From: Eledone cirrhosa
Taxonomy: Eukaryota
Assembly: GCA_964016885.1 (NCBI GenBank)
Contig: OZ024743.1
Span: forward strand, 90,768,001 to 90,832,000
Direction of reading: 5' to 3'
Length of the DNA stretch: 64,000 bases
In this document: piece after piece, positions 1 through 13,213 of the stretch
How the letters are laid out: every line of letters starts with the position of its first letter
Numbering within the stretch: position 1 is the stretch's first letter
Program-made: the position numbers and the translations under genes
Notes under the pieces: generated by a model
What the model saw: the letters and a program-made list of their open reading frames with translations, nothing else
Told to the model about the DNA's origin: nothing
Databases searched by the model: none

Positions 1-202
1 AGTGGTTGTGAGAGAGTAGATTGAAAGAGAGACATAGATAGGGAGAGGGAGAGGAGGCAGAGAAGAAGAATGCAACAGAGAGAGGGAGAGAGAGGGAGCG
101 AGCTGGTGGTGTTGTGTATATATATGTGAGTGTATATGTATGTGTCTGTGATCTATATACACTGGTCATAGACACACACATACATTCATATACACACATA
201 CG

Positions 203-250
<48 letters not shown>

Positions 251-254
251 ATAT

Positions 255-428
255 ATGTCTGTTGGAAGCTCCCGAATAGTGGGGTTACTAATTTTATTAT
301 TGGTCTATTATGCAAATTAGTGTCGGAGAGGTTTAAATCCCATACATTTAAATTAGCCGACACTAATTTGCATAATAGACCAATAATAAAATTAGTAACC
401 CCACTATCCGGGAGCTTCCAACAGACAT
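255..428. repeat. Foldback inverted repeat, 72-bp arms (255-326 / 357-428), next to (TA)n
   Basis: atgtctgttggaagctccc...attagtgtcgg is reverse-complemented at 357-428 with about one mismatch. Confidence 0.9.
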
Positions 429-484
429 GGTCGCATTCTTTTAAGGGTATGTCAATATTTATTTTATAAAACTGATCTATATTA

Positions 485-549
485 TATTTTATCTGATGAA
501 AGCGCACCATAATTTGCTTTGGTGTCCTTGAAATATGTATAATGAAATA
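485..549 (+). ncRNA. Minimal type I hammerhead ribozyme
   Basis: Stem I tattttat/atgaaata, core CTGATGA, stem II aagcgcacc/ggtgtcctt, GAAA, stem III tatgta, cleavage triplet ATA. Confidence 0.7.
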
Positions 550-702
550 AATATGGTTTTATAAATATAGTTTCCATTTATAAATATATTGTATTTTTAT
601 TCCAAAAATTTGTTGAGTGCTTTATATCAGTTATAAAAATATTTGCTTGTTGTATCCCAACAAATTAAATATAACTTCTACATATATATATATATATATA
701 TA

Positions 703-1130
703 TAGTGAAAGAGTGAAGAATAACAGGTCGGCTGTACAAAAAGGGTTTATTTACAGTACTAACAGTTGTTTCATTGATCAGGTGAGTTTAAAGGCCCCTA
801 ATCACTAGAAATAGCGTCACTCGACCTTAATTACACACTGTAATTAAGGTCGAGTGACGCAATTTCCACTGATTAGGAGCCTTTAGACTCACCTGATAAA
901 TGAAACAATTGTCAATACTGTAAATAGAACCCTTTTTGTACAGCCGACTATGTTATTCTTCACTCTTTCACTATTATTACTCCAAGAACCACCTGCATGG
1001 AAACTCGTAAACTAGCTACCTAACTAAGGAAACTTCTTGTAGAGTCAATCAACACCGAACATTAAAACTATCCATAGTACAGAGTAGTGACAACCTCTCA
1101 CTGGATTACCTTAAACGACACCTTGTTATC
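703..1130 (+). mobile_element. PLE-type foldback (arms 703-835 / 839-973) with ~155-bp tail
   Basis: Imperfect ~133-bp inverted arms with a perfect inner stem. It contains the HHR 3' half GAAACAATTGTC. Arm and tail are homologous to the PLE remnant at 19953-21211. Confidence 0.8.
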
Positions 1131-1154
1131 CCCCTCTCTCTCTATCTCTGTCTG

Positions 1155-1236
<82 letters not shown>

Positions 1237-1239
<3 letters not shown>

Positions 1240-2750
1240 CAACTATGGAATTTACAACTGCAATGCTGCGACGTCACCTTAAAAATAAACGCAACCATGC
1301 CTCTCCTGGTCTTGATGGTGTTACGTACCTGCTTCTCAAACGTGGTGGGTACTTCCTTCTGCACCAGCTATCACGCTTCTTCCAATTCTGTCTGAACAAC
1401 GGTGCTACTCCAGAACAGTGGAAATTCCTCTGTTCAAAAAGGGTGACCGCACATCACCTGTGAACTATTGTCCAGTCAGTCTTACTAGCTGCATTGCCAA
1501 ACTGATGGAATCCTGTGTCAGAGAAACACTTTGGAACTTCTGGAACTCTCACAGTCTTACCCGGCCCACGCAATTTGGATTTATCCCTAACTCCAGCTGT
1601 TGTGATCAACTTATCGAGTTTCTTGAACACATCACCCTGATCACTGATAGCGGCTCATGGGTGGATGTTGTTTACCTTGATTTTGCTAAAGCTTTCAATT
1701 CTGTGCCACACAAAAGGCTTATGGCAAAACTCTCGGCAATGGGTGTGAAGGATGATCTTTTTAACTGGTTGAAGTCCTTCATTCTCTGTCGAAGAGAGGT
1801 AGTCACAGTTCTAGGACAGCATTCCTCACTATATGAGATGTCATCTGGTGTACCGCAGGGATCTGTTCTTGGCCCCCTTTTGCTTGTGGCTTATATTAAT
1901 GACATAGATGCCAACTTAAAGAATGCCACAGTACTAAAATATGCAGATGACAACAAGCTGTACCTTGAGATAAAAAGGACAGATCCTGAACACTATAGAT
2001 CTTGCTTGCAGTCTGACCTGGACACAATACAACAATGGATCACAGACAGGCAACTCAAGTTGGCTGTGGACAAGTGCACCACCATGCATTTTGGGAGTAA
2101 AAACTCAGCGTCCACATACTCCCTCCACAACACTAATATCAAGAAGTCTTCTTGTGAACGTGACCTGGGCATTACGGTCAGCAGCGATTTGCGTTGGACG
2201 AAGCACGTCTCTAAAATTGTCAAGAAAGCCGAGGGTGTCTTAGCATCACTCAGCAAGACCTTTGTCAGCCGCTCTCCAGCTATCTATTTAAAGCTGTACA
2301 TAGATATGGTGCGGCCACACTTAGAATTTGCATCACCAGTCTGGAACCCCTATCTTGCTCAGAACATTGACCGCCTGGAAACTGTTCAGAGACGTGTAAC
2401 CAAGCGAATACCCTCCATCAGGCATCTACCATACTCTGAACGCCTTGCTTCCCTGGGCATGGATACATTGAAGCTCCGACGTCTGGCAACTGACTTGGTA
2501 AACACTCACAAAATTATTAACCATCTTACCAACAACAACCCTGAGTACCATTTTGATTTCCATGTGTCTAACACACGTGGACATGCCAACAAAGTCAGAA
2601 AACAGCACAGTTCCCATGACTTTCGGAAACATTTTTTCACGCTCAGAGTTGCTGAAGCATAGAACAAACTACCTGCATCAGTTGTTAGCTGTCGAAACAC
2701 TGCATCCTTTAAAACCTCCATGCTTCGGGAGATTCGCCAACACTACACTT
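1237..2750 (+). mobile_element. 5'-truncated CR1-group non-LTR retrotransposon, RT region (ORF 1418-2662)
   Basis: Motifs NYCPVSLTS, YLDFAKAFNSVPH, GVPQGSVLGPLL, YADD, ERDLGI, VRPHLEF, TRGH. There is a frameshift at the 5' end and a premature stop at 2662. Confidence 0.92.
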
Positions 2751-2807
2751 AATATTCCTCCTCCATACACATACACACATGTATATCATGACTCATACAC
2801 TATTCAC

Positions 2808-2909
<102 letters not shown>

Positions 2910-3045
2910 CATATATATATATGTATATATATATATATGTATAGTAATAATAATAAAATTGAAGACTAAAATCCAAAGAGGGCTCGATAAGGAAAATATA
3001 TATCAAATATATAAGAACCGTTCTTTGCTTAAACTTTAATCTGTT

Positions 3046-3225
3046 ATTTTAATATATATATGTATATAAATAATCGGAAAAAATGAAACGAAATTTCATT
3101 TCCCACTCTTAGTACGGCTATTACATATAAGTATGTACACGTATATACATATATGTATACAGACGTACAGTAGTATGTATATATATATATATATACACAT
3201 GCACACATATATATATGTACGTATG
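3046..3225 (-). repeat. Partial copy (tail plus arm end) of the 54077-54740 foldback family
   Basis: cggaaaaaatgaaacgaa...ctcttagtacggct...atacagacgtacagtagtatg matches the reverse complement of about 54570-54740. Confidence 0.75.
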
Positions 3226-3233
3226 ATATATAA

Positions 3234-3322
<89 letters not shown>

Positions 3323-3402
3323 AAAGGTAAACAGAAATAACAACACAATCGGTACAGCATATGGAATATATCAGGTTAACGCTTGAGATAGCAGGAAGAT
3401 GG

Positions 3403-3438
3403 TCTTAACGTTTCGGACGCTAGTTCTTCATCAGAAGA
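3403..3438 (-). ncRNA. Ultra-minimal PLE-type hammerhead motif
   Basis: The reverse complement reads tctt CTGATGA a gaac tagc gtcc GAAA cgtt aaga. The flank is homologous to the PLE end at 33845-33910. Confidence 0.65.
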
Positions 3439-3537
3439 AAGAATGAGAAATAAGATAGATTAAGGGACGGCCGGGTTGGAATTGGAAAAAAATGTCTTTA
3501 GATAAAAATAAGATGTCCATTCATGTTGATATCTCTT

Positions 3538-3650
3538 GGTGGGATGGTCCGGGGATCTAAACCTGAGAAGGTGGGACAAAGTATCTGATGGACGGGGAGT
3601 GGTTCTTATTATATGATTACTTAACATTCACACACACAGACATCTCTCTA
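3538..3650 (+). repeat. Dispersed repeat, second copy at about 6449-6560
   Basis: ggtgggatggtccggggatctaaacctgagaaggtgggacaaagt...gattacttaacattcacacac is near-identical at both sites. Confidence 0.8.
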
Positions 3651-3657
3651 TCACTCA

Positions 3658-3709
<52 letters not shown>

Positions 3710-3759
3710 CATGTCGATCAGCTGGAGGAACGATCTATTATTGATGGAACCTGACTCTG

Positions 3760-3856
<97 letters not shown>

Positions 3857-4032
3857 AGGATCTTTCGATTCCAGAATCAGGTTCGATCAATAATAGATCG
3901 TACCTCGAGCTGATAGACAGTGAAACATATGTAATATGCCATTGAATATATGATGCAACACTGATTCTCTGTTCCTTTATTCTTATACTTTATATATATA
4001 TATGTTTATATATATATATATATATACATACA

Positions 4033-4202
<170 letters not shown>

Positions 4203-4284
4203 TGTGTGTATATATATATATATACGTATATGTGTGTGTGTATATATATATATATATATAGCACAGTTTACTCAGATGTAGAAA

Positions 4285-4479
4285 TGAGATGATAGGGACT
4301 GGGGTCCCTATCATTCCACTGCAAAGTGGTCGTGGAGATGTCACGGCAAAAAAGCACCCAGCACTCACTGTAAATGATGTTGGTGTTAGGAAGGGCATCC
4401 AGCTGTAGAAATCAAGCCAGAATCAGTTCCCGCCCCACCCTTGCAAGCAGGGAGAAAGCGGACGTAAAATGAAATGATG

Positions 4480-4480
<1 letters not shown>
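4285..4480 (+). mobile_element. RTE-3'-end-like short repeat (also at about 35550-35700)
   Basis: ggtgttaggaagggcatccagctgtagaaa...cggacgtaaaatga..tgatga is shared with the 3' UTR of the RTE at 6887-7080. Confidence 0.65.
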
Positions 4481-4552
<72 letters not shown>

Positions 4553-4556
<4 letters not shown>

Positions 4557-5051
4557 AAAGAATAGAGGTGTAACACACAAGTTATTATATATTGGTAAAC
4601 GGAATAGAAAATGCTGACAAATTGTTCACAGTTGAAAAATGGTTTAATTAGGAATAAAAGAGTATTAGTGATTGTATGGGTTAGTATTCAGTTGTGGTTT
4701 TAAGTTTTTAAGTTTTTACCGGTTGCGCATTTCTAATACGCATTTCTAAATCTGATTAGTTTTGGGAATTCTACCTGTTTTTATGTTAAAAAAGTGGCTC
4801 CAAATTGGAGCCACTTTTTTAACATAAAAACAGGTATAATTCCCAAAACTAATCAGATCAAAGCAAACAGCACGGACACTCTATCTCAAAATTATTTTTG
4901 AAAAGCATTTAGAAATGCGCAACCGGTAAAAACTTAAAAACTTAAAACCACAACTGAATACTAACCCATACAATCACTAATACTCTTTTATTCCTAATTA
5001 AACCATTTTTCAACTGTGAACAATTTGTCAGCATTTTCTATTCCGTTTACC
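4553..5051 (-). mobile_element. Foldback insert (arms 4594-4803 / 4805-5051) with 41-bp tail, between (TA)n tracts
   Basis: The arms are near-perfect, meet with a 1-nt loop, and the left arm has an internal deletion. A single-arm relative lies at 57172-57405. Confidence 0.85.
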
Positions 5052-5253
5052 TATATATATATATATATATATATAACTATGGGGTGGGGTAGAAATATTC
5101 GTAGGTGGCAAAAAGGAAAAAGGAAAACAGTTCTCAATCGGAAGAAAAGTAGTACCCAAGGTTTCAAGGCAATATTGACCATATCTCCAGAATTTAAGAG
5201 TAAGAACATAAATAAATAATATAATATATATTATTTATTTATGTTCTTACTCT

Positions 5254-5348
<95 letters not shown>

Positions 5349-5350
<2 letters not shown>

Positions 5351-5615
5351 CGTTTCTGAATTTGTTTAGCAAGATTCTTTATCTGACACACAAAAACAAG
5401 ATGGCGTAGGACAGAACAAAGGAGAGGCACAAAAACAAAGATGTCACAGAATGTGTAACGAAAGAATTTTGACAATATATGAACAAACGTCCGGTTGTGG
5501 AACCAACCAACCAACCGGAAATTTATAAATTTATAAACTTAACTTATAATAAATTGGAGTGAAAAAGCAACTGTTGCGTGTGTTTCTTATTGGCAACATG
5601 ACCCTCCCAAAGCAT

Positions 5616-5620
<5 letters not shown>
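5349..5620. mobile_element. HHR family A copy: inverted tail fragment joined to a tail-less body
   Basis: 5349-5386 is the reverse complement of the tail end seen at about 28830-28868. 5390-5620 is the plus-strand body ending ataacaata(TA)n. Confidence 0.8.
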
Positions 5621-5675
<55 letters not shown>

Positions 5676-5790
5676 GTATATATGTGTGTGTATGTGTGTG
5701 GGTGTATATGTATATATTTATCATTTGGTCAAGCTTACATTCGGTTAAAAAGAGGACACACACATACACCAATGTAAATATGGTACTTAC

Positions 5791-5884
5791 TTTTGGTCAT
5801 ATCTCTGACAACACTCGAAAATGTCACTGTTCCTACACAAGAAAAGATCATACAGAAGAGCTGCATTTTCGTAACAATCTTCAT
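5791..5884 (-). CDS. Candidate first coding exon of a host secreted or membrane protein (exon about 5791-6004)
   Basis: It encodes MKIVTKMQLFCMIFSCVGTVTFSSVVRDMTK with A at -3 of the ATG, followed by a phase-1 GTAAGT donor. A pyrimidine-rich AG acceptor lies at 6005-6030 (-). Confidence 0.4.
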
Positions 5885-6179
5885 GATTGTTGAGCTGTCT
5901 CTTGGGTTGTCCCTTGTGTTGTGCTTTATGCTCTCTTTTGAGCTGTCTCTTGAGCTGTCTCTTGAGCTGTTCCTTGAGCTGTTCCTAGAGTTGTTCCTTC
6001 AGTTCTATCGGTGAGATAAATACAAAGAAATGTTCACTATATATATATATAATGACTGAGAAGTGTGTGGTGTGTGGTGTGTGAGTAGCAGCTTTGAAAG
6101 GGTGTGTTTTGTGTAGGGTGTGTGTATGTATGTGTGAATACATACATCATACATACATATATTGTATATGTATATATAA

Positions 6180-6270
<91 letters not shown>

Positions 6271-6600
6271 ATACGCAGATACCTTCAAGAACAATATGGG
6301 AAGAAGGATATCGAAAGAGAGAGAGCGGGAGAGAGAGAGAGAGTAAATGGGTTAAGAGGTGAATGAGTAGACAATACAAATTATGACAAAAGCAATAAGG
6401 TAATAGAGAATAGGCGGAAAAAGGGACGTCAGAAGGGCAAGAGATGGTGGTGGGATGGTCCGGGGATCTAAACCTGAGAAGGTGGGACAAAGTGTCTGAT
6501 GGACGGGAGGGGTTCTTATTATATGATTACTTAACATTCACACACACATCTCTGTCAAACACACACACACACATATATATATATATATGTATATATATAC

Positions 6601-6725
<125 letters not shown>

Positions 6726-6726
6726 C

Positions 6727-6814
<88 letters not shown>

Positions 6815-6816
6815 GT

Positions 6817-8809
<1,993 letters not shown>

Positions 8810-9320
8810 ACACATACATGATGGCTGCACCCTCGTTATCGAGTTTGGCCAATGCACGACATAACATTATTAATAATTTTCAAGGGCGGTGGATTGGCAG
8901 TATCGGTAGAGGGTCGAACGCCATGTTTTGCAGCAATGAGTTACGGCCCTTTATGGTCTGAGTTCAAATCCCGCCGAGGTTAACTTTGCCTTTCATCCTT
9001 ACAGGGTCGATAAAATAAAGTACCAAAATACACTGGGATAATTGCTGGCCTTGTGCCAAAAATAGAAACAATTATTAATAATTATCAATTAATGCTATCG
9101 TGCAATGCCTGTGCATGAACATCTTTTTTAAAGTGGGGAAATACTGTGCACTGAGCCAATCCCGCTCTGTGAGCGCCAGTAGCTATAACCTGAAAAGAAG
9201 AAAAGATCAACATCGTCGGTAACTACTGAGCCGTAGGTTTTATGTCGGAGTTATCCCAATTTCCTGAGTTGCCTTCTAGAAGAATGCCCTGACAAAGGCT
9301 AGGGGTCCTTCACTCCCAGT
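8810..9320. repeat. Dispersed repeat; second copy at 11802-12080 lacks the SINE
   Basis: catacatgatggctgc...ggggtccttcactcccag is colinear at both loci. Confidence 0.85.
8879..9070 (+). mobile_element. tRNA-derived SINE with 13-bp target-site duplication
   Basis: A-box-like tggcagtatcgg and B-box gagttcaaatccc. attattaataatt is duplicated at 8866-8878 and 9071-9083. Confidence 0.9.
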
Positions 9321-9381
9321 AGTTTCACCCGATTATTTCTATGTCCCCGCGCATATATATACACATGCATACATGTACACA

Positions 9382-9420
<39 letters not shown>

Positions 9421-9677
9421 TTATATATATATAGATAGATACACATGCATACATATATATACATATTTACACATATTTTGGGGATGGCCGTCGACTCTTA
9501 TGAGTTCTTCCGCCCTTTGTCAGGTTTGGTTTTTGTGCTGCAGGGTGTCCAAAATCACCCTCCTCACTAAGTAAACTTGGTGGGATTGCCAGTTTAGTCA
9601 CCGACAACCCTACCATACGATAGGTTGTACTGGGTTACATGTTACCAGTAGCACTCGAGAGCGACTTGACATATACA

Positions 9678-11801
9678 TGTAACGAAATCTGTCCACGCAT
9701 TGAACCTTGGGTGACACCTAAAAGTCAAATTATAGGTCACCACCCTTTTGGTGTGAACAGGTTCATGCGTCGGCTATCCCCTCAAGGTGGGAGACAGAAA
9801 GCGACAGGTATATAAAGCCTATATTTTCCCACCTTAGATACAGAGAGATCGGAGCATTACGCTAGCAACAAACTATGTAAAATTCACCGCTACCTTCAGA
9901 CCCCAGAGGTCTACAGAAATACAGAGAGATCGGAGCACTACGATAGAGACCAGCTATGTAAGGATTCACCGCTATCTACAGGCGACAGTGGTCTACAGGC
10001 CACAGTGGTCTACAGTGAACTACAGACCATTATCTCCCTCTCTTGGCGCAGACTAAATCAGCCTCATGAACCAACAACAAAAATAACATTGTCAACCTTT
10101 GCAACTCGTGGTAATATGTTTATTGCTCTTTTTGAATCAAGTGAAGTAAACCATTATATATAAACTAAATCATTTATTCTTGTTAATCCCATCCAACAAT
10201 ATCTTAAAAATTGGTGAATTGACGTTAAAAAAAAAAAAAAATAATACGAAGTGGTATTTAAAAAAAAAAGAAAGAAAACCACGCAGCCTTTTTGATCTGA
10301 TCATGGCTTCTTTTGCCAATATCAACAACTTTCTCTTACCAAGCTTCTCATCTATATTCTACGATATGATAAAACTTCACTTTTTCAAATTATTCACCAA
10401 ACTTCCATTCTACGGAATATTTACAGTGACTTCGCTTTTATGCTTCAATTCATTACCAAACACATCACCACTTGCTTCGTTATCTCCAATAACAACAGAC
10501 AATACTTCTAGCTTCCTCGCACGAAAACGATCACATAAAGAAGAGAAAACTGAACTTTTAGTAAAGAACAATCATATAAATATTTAAAAAAAAAATTTTT
10601 TACAGGTTATATATGAACGTTCATTTTATTTTTTTTATTTGTTTCACTATATTATATGCCTGTGTGAATATACACGTTTTGCATCAAACACACATCATTT
10701 TCTTTGTCACACACCAACATGTTTTTGTCTATGGTATATTCTGGATTCAGTTGGGTCTCAGCGAAATCACTTTTCAACTGGTCGAGGTACGGCAACAGCT
10801 ATTAAACACATGAGAAACTCACCCACGGGTACTACTCGCTTGAACTCACTCAAGCACGCAACTCAAAATTGCACACACTTATGTCATAGCGTAAACCTCG
10901 ACTCACTGAAAGAGAATCTTACGTATGGTGATACATCGAGAGAAACAGTCCTCTGTAATCCGATACCGTAACCCCAACGTCCATCCATCCATACACAACA
11001 GTTCGAAATACATGATCATAACTTTGTATATTTACAGTTTCTTCTAAATGTTTCACACACGCACGCGCATACACAGTTATACGATATTTTTTTTTCTCTC
11101 TCCAAATTTCTCTGCACTCGAAATGCGGGCGGAGTACTCACATTTTGTGTGGTTTGGGACACGCTTCTACCATCAGATTTCGCTACCCCTTTTGCAATCG
11201 ATCGCTGCTCCTTCATCGATCTGGGTAGGGAACTAATGTAGCGAAATTTGTCCACGCCTTGAACCTTGGGTTACACCTAAAAGTCAAACTCTAGGTCACC
11301 ACCCTTTTGGTTCATGGTGGGAGACAGAAAGCGACAGGTGTATAAAGCTTATATTTTCCCACCTTAGATACAGAGAGATCGGAGCATTACGCTAGCAACA
11401 AACTATGTAAAGATTCACCGCTACCTTCAGGCACCAGAGGTCTACAGAAATACAGAGAGACCAGAGCACTACGATAGAGACCAGCTATGTAAGGATTCAC
11501 CGCTATCTACAGGCCACAGTGGTCTACAGGCCACAGTGGTCTACAGTGAACTACAGACCATTATCTCTCTCTCTTGGCGCAGACTAAATCAGCCTCATGA
11601 ACCAACAACAAAAATAACATTGTCAACCTTTGCAACTCGTGGTAATATGTTTATTGTTCTTTTTGAATCAAGTGAAGTAAACCATTATATATAAACTAAA
11701 TCATTTATTCTTGTTAATCCCATCCAACAATCATGTTATAATCATTTCTAATAACCACATATAACCATTTAATTACTTATTAATAATACTCCTTCGTTAA
11801 A
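9678..11801 (+). mobile_element. Non-autonomous LTR element (LTRs about 9678-10205 and 11237-11801)
   Basis: ~500-bp direct repeats start tgtaacgaa/tgtagcgaa and the 3' LTR ends ttcgttaaa. A PBS-like tggtgaattgacg and a purine tract gggtagggaac are present, TACA flanks both sides, and the interior is non-coding. Confidence 0.8.
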
Positions 11802-12092
11802 TACATACATGATGGCTGCCCCCTCGTTATCGAGTATGGCCATTGCACTATATAACATTATTAATAATTATCAATTAAGCTATCGTCAATGAGGAAAGAC
11901 TGTGCACTGAGCTAATCCCACTCTCTGAGCGACAGTAGCTATAACCTGAAAAGAAGAAAAGATCAACATCATCGGTAACTACTGAGCCGCAGGTTTTATG
12001 TCGGAGTTATCCCAGTTTCCTGAGTTGTCCTCTCCTAGAAGAATGCCTTGACAAAGGCTAGGGGTCCTTCACTCCCAGCCATATATATATAT

Positions 12093-12180
12093 AACAAAGG
12101 AATTGTGGTAAGGAACCAGATGGACCATAACGCACCAGAGTACTCAATACTTAGGGTAGTAGAGTGGGAAATAGGAAAAA
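12093..12180 (-). repeat. Tail-only copy of the 19173/21230 foldback family
   Basis: aacaaaggaattgtggtaaggaaccagatggaccataacgcacc...ataggaa follows (TA)n. Confidence 0.8.
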
Positions 12181-12671
12181 GTATGACTTAACCCAAGATC
12201 TCGATTGGAGTCCTTGGTCCTCGCGCAGCTGATTTCCTCCGCAAAGTGGAAAAGATAGCTGCCCGCTTTAGGGAAGGGAAGTGTGCCGCGATGTGGGCTG
12301 ACTGTTGCAGTGAGTGTTTCTAGTCATTCCTCGCCTTTGCTATTTTGTTCGCGGGGCACAGCTGAAACACTGCTCTGACTAGGGGTAGTATTTCCCCCCC
12401 CCCTCACACACTTTTCTCTTTCTTTTGTTTCTTACTTCTTTTTTCTTCTTTTCACTTCTTGTTTTGCTCTTTTAAATAGTGCATTTTGTTTTTGTATAAA
12501 CAGTTTTGTAAAATAAGTATACCTGTTGCATATAAAATGCTCATATTAGAATTTTTCTACATCAATAGACTATCAGAACAACATTTTGTGTTTAGCTCTA
12601 GATCAGTTATTATCGATCAGATTTACGATCAAAAGGCAATTCAATGGAATCTATCACTTCTTTATTTCAGG

Positions 12672-13031
12672 TAATCTCAGGTCTTGAATAATGCCTCCCC
12701 ACCGCTTATTAATTTTTCAGATGTTTTCCAACCTCTCCGCTTTTATTCCATCGCCGCTTATTAAATTTTGCTAATCTATCTCCGGAGATTTTATTGTAAG
12801 TGATTCATATTGATACAGCAACTGGGGAATCTAATAATAATTTTATTTTACATTAAAAAACATTATATATGACAAAAAAAAAGAACATAAGAAATCCCGT
12901 ATTTACGAACGTACACTATACAATTAACGGTTTCCCAAGCCCCCCGTTTATAAAAATTTAAGCAAATGTCCAACTCCAACCGCTTATTCGAGATATCCCA
13001 CTCCACCCCCATTATTTGGGACCCGAGAGTA
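12672..13031. mobile_element. MITE-like DNA transposon relic, TA-flanked; related end at about 35900-35995
   Basis: Imperfect TIRs taatctcaggtcttgaataatg / cattatttgggacccgagagta. The sequence cattattcaagacccgacagta recurs ending at 35995. Confidence 0.55.
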
Positions 13032-13167
13032 GCTTACACTGTGGATTACAGTATCCTTTATTCATTATGTAATTTGAGAGAAATTTGGTTTTTATTTCTA
13101 GTGGGTCAAACGACCAGATAGAGTCACCATCATTGATTCGTTATAGATGTTTTTAAAATACCAATCC

Positions 13168-13212
<45 letters not shown>

Positions 13213-13213
<1 letters not shown>

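Noticed and set aside
8879-9070. tRNA gene
   Set aside because: A and B boxes are present but there is no cloverleaf. It is multi-copy with a TSD and an unrelated 3' body, so it is a SINE.
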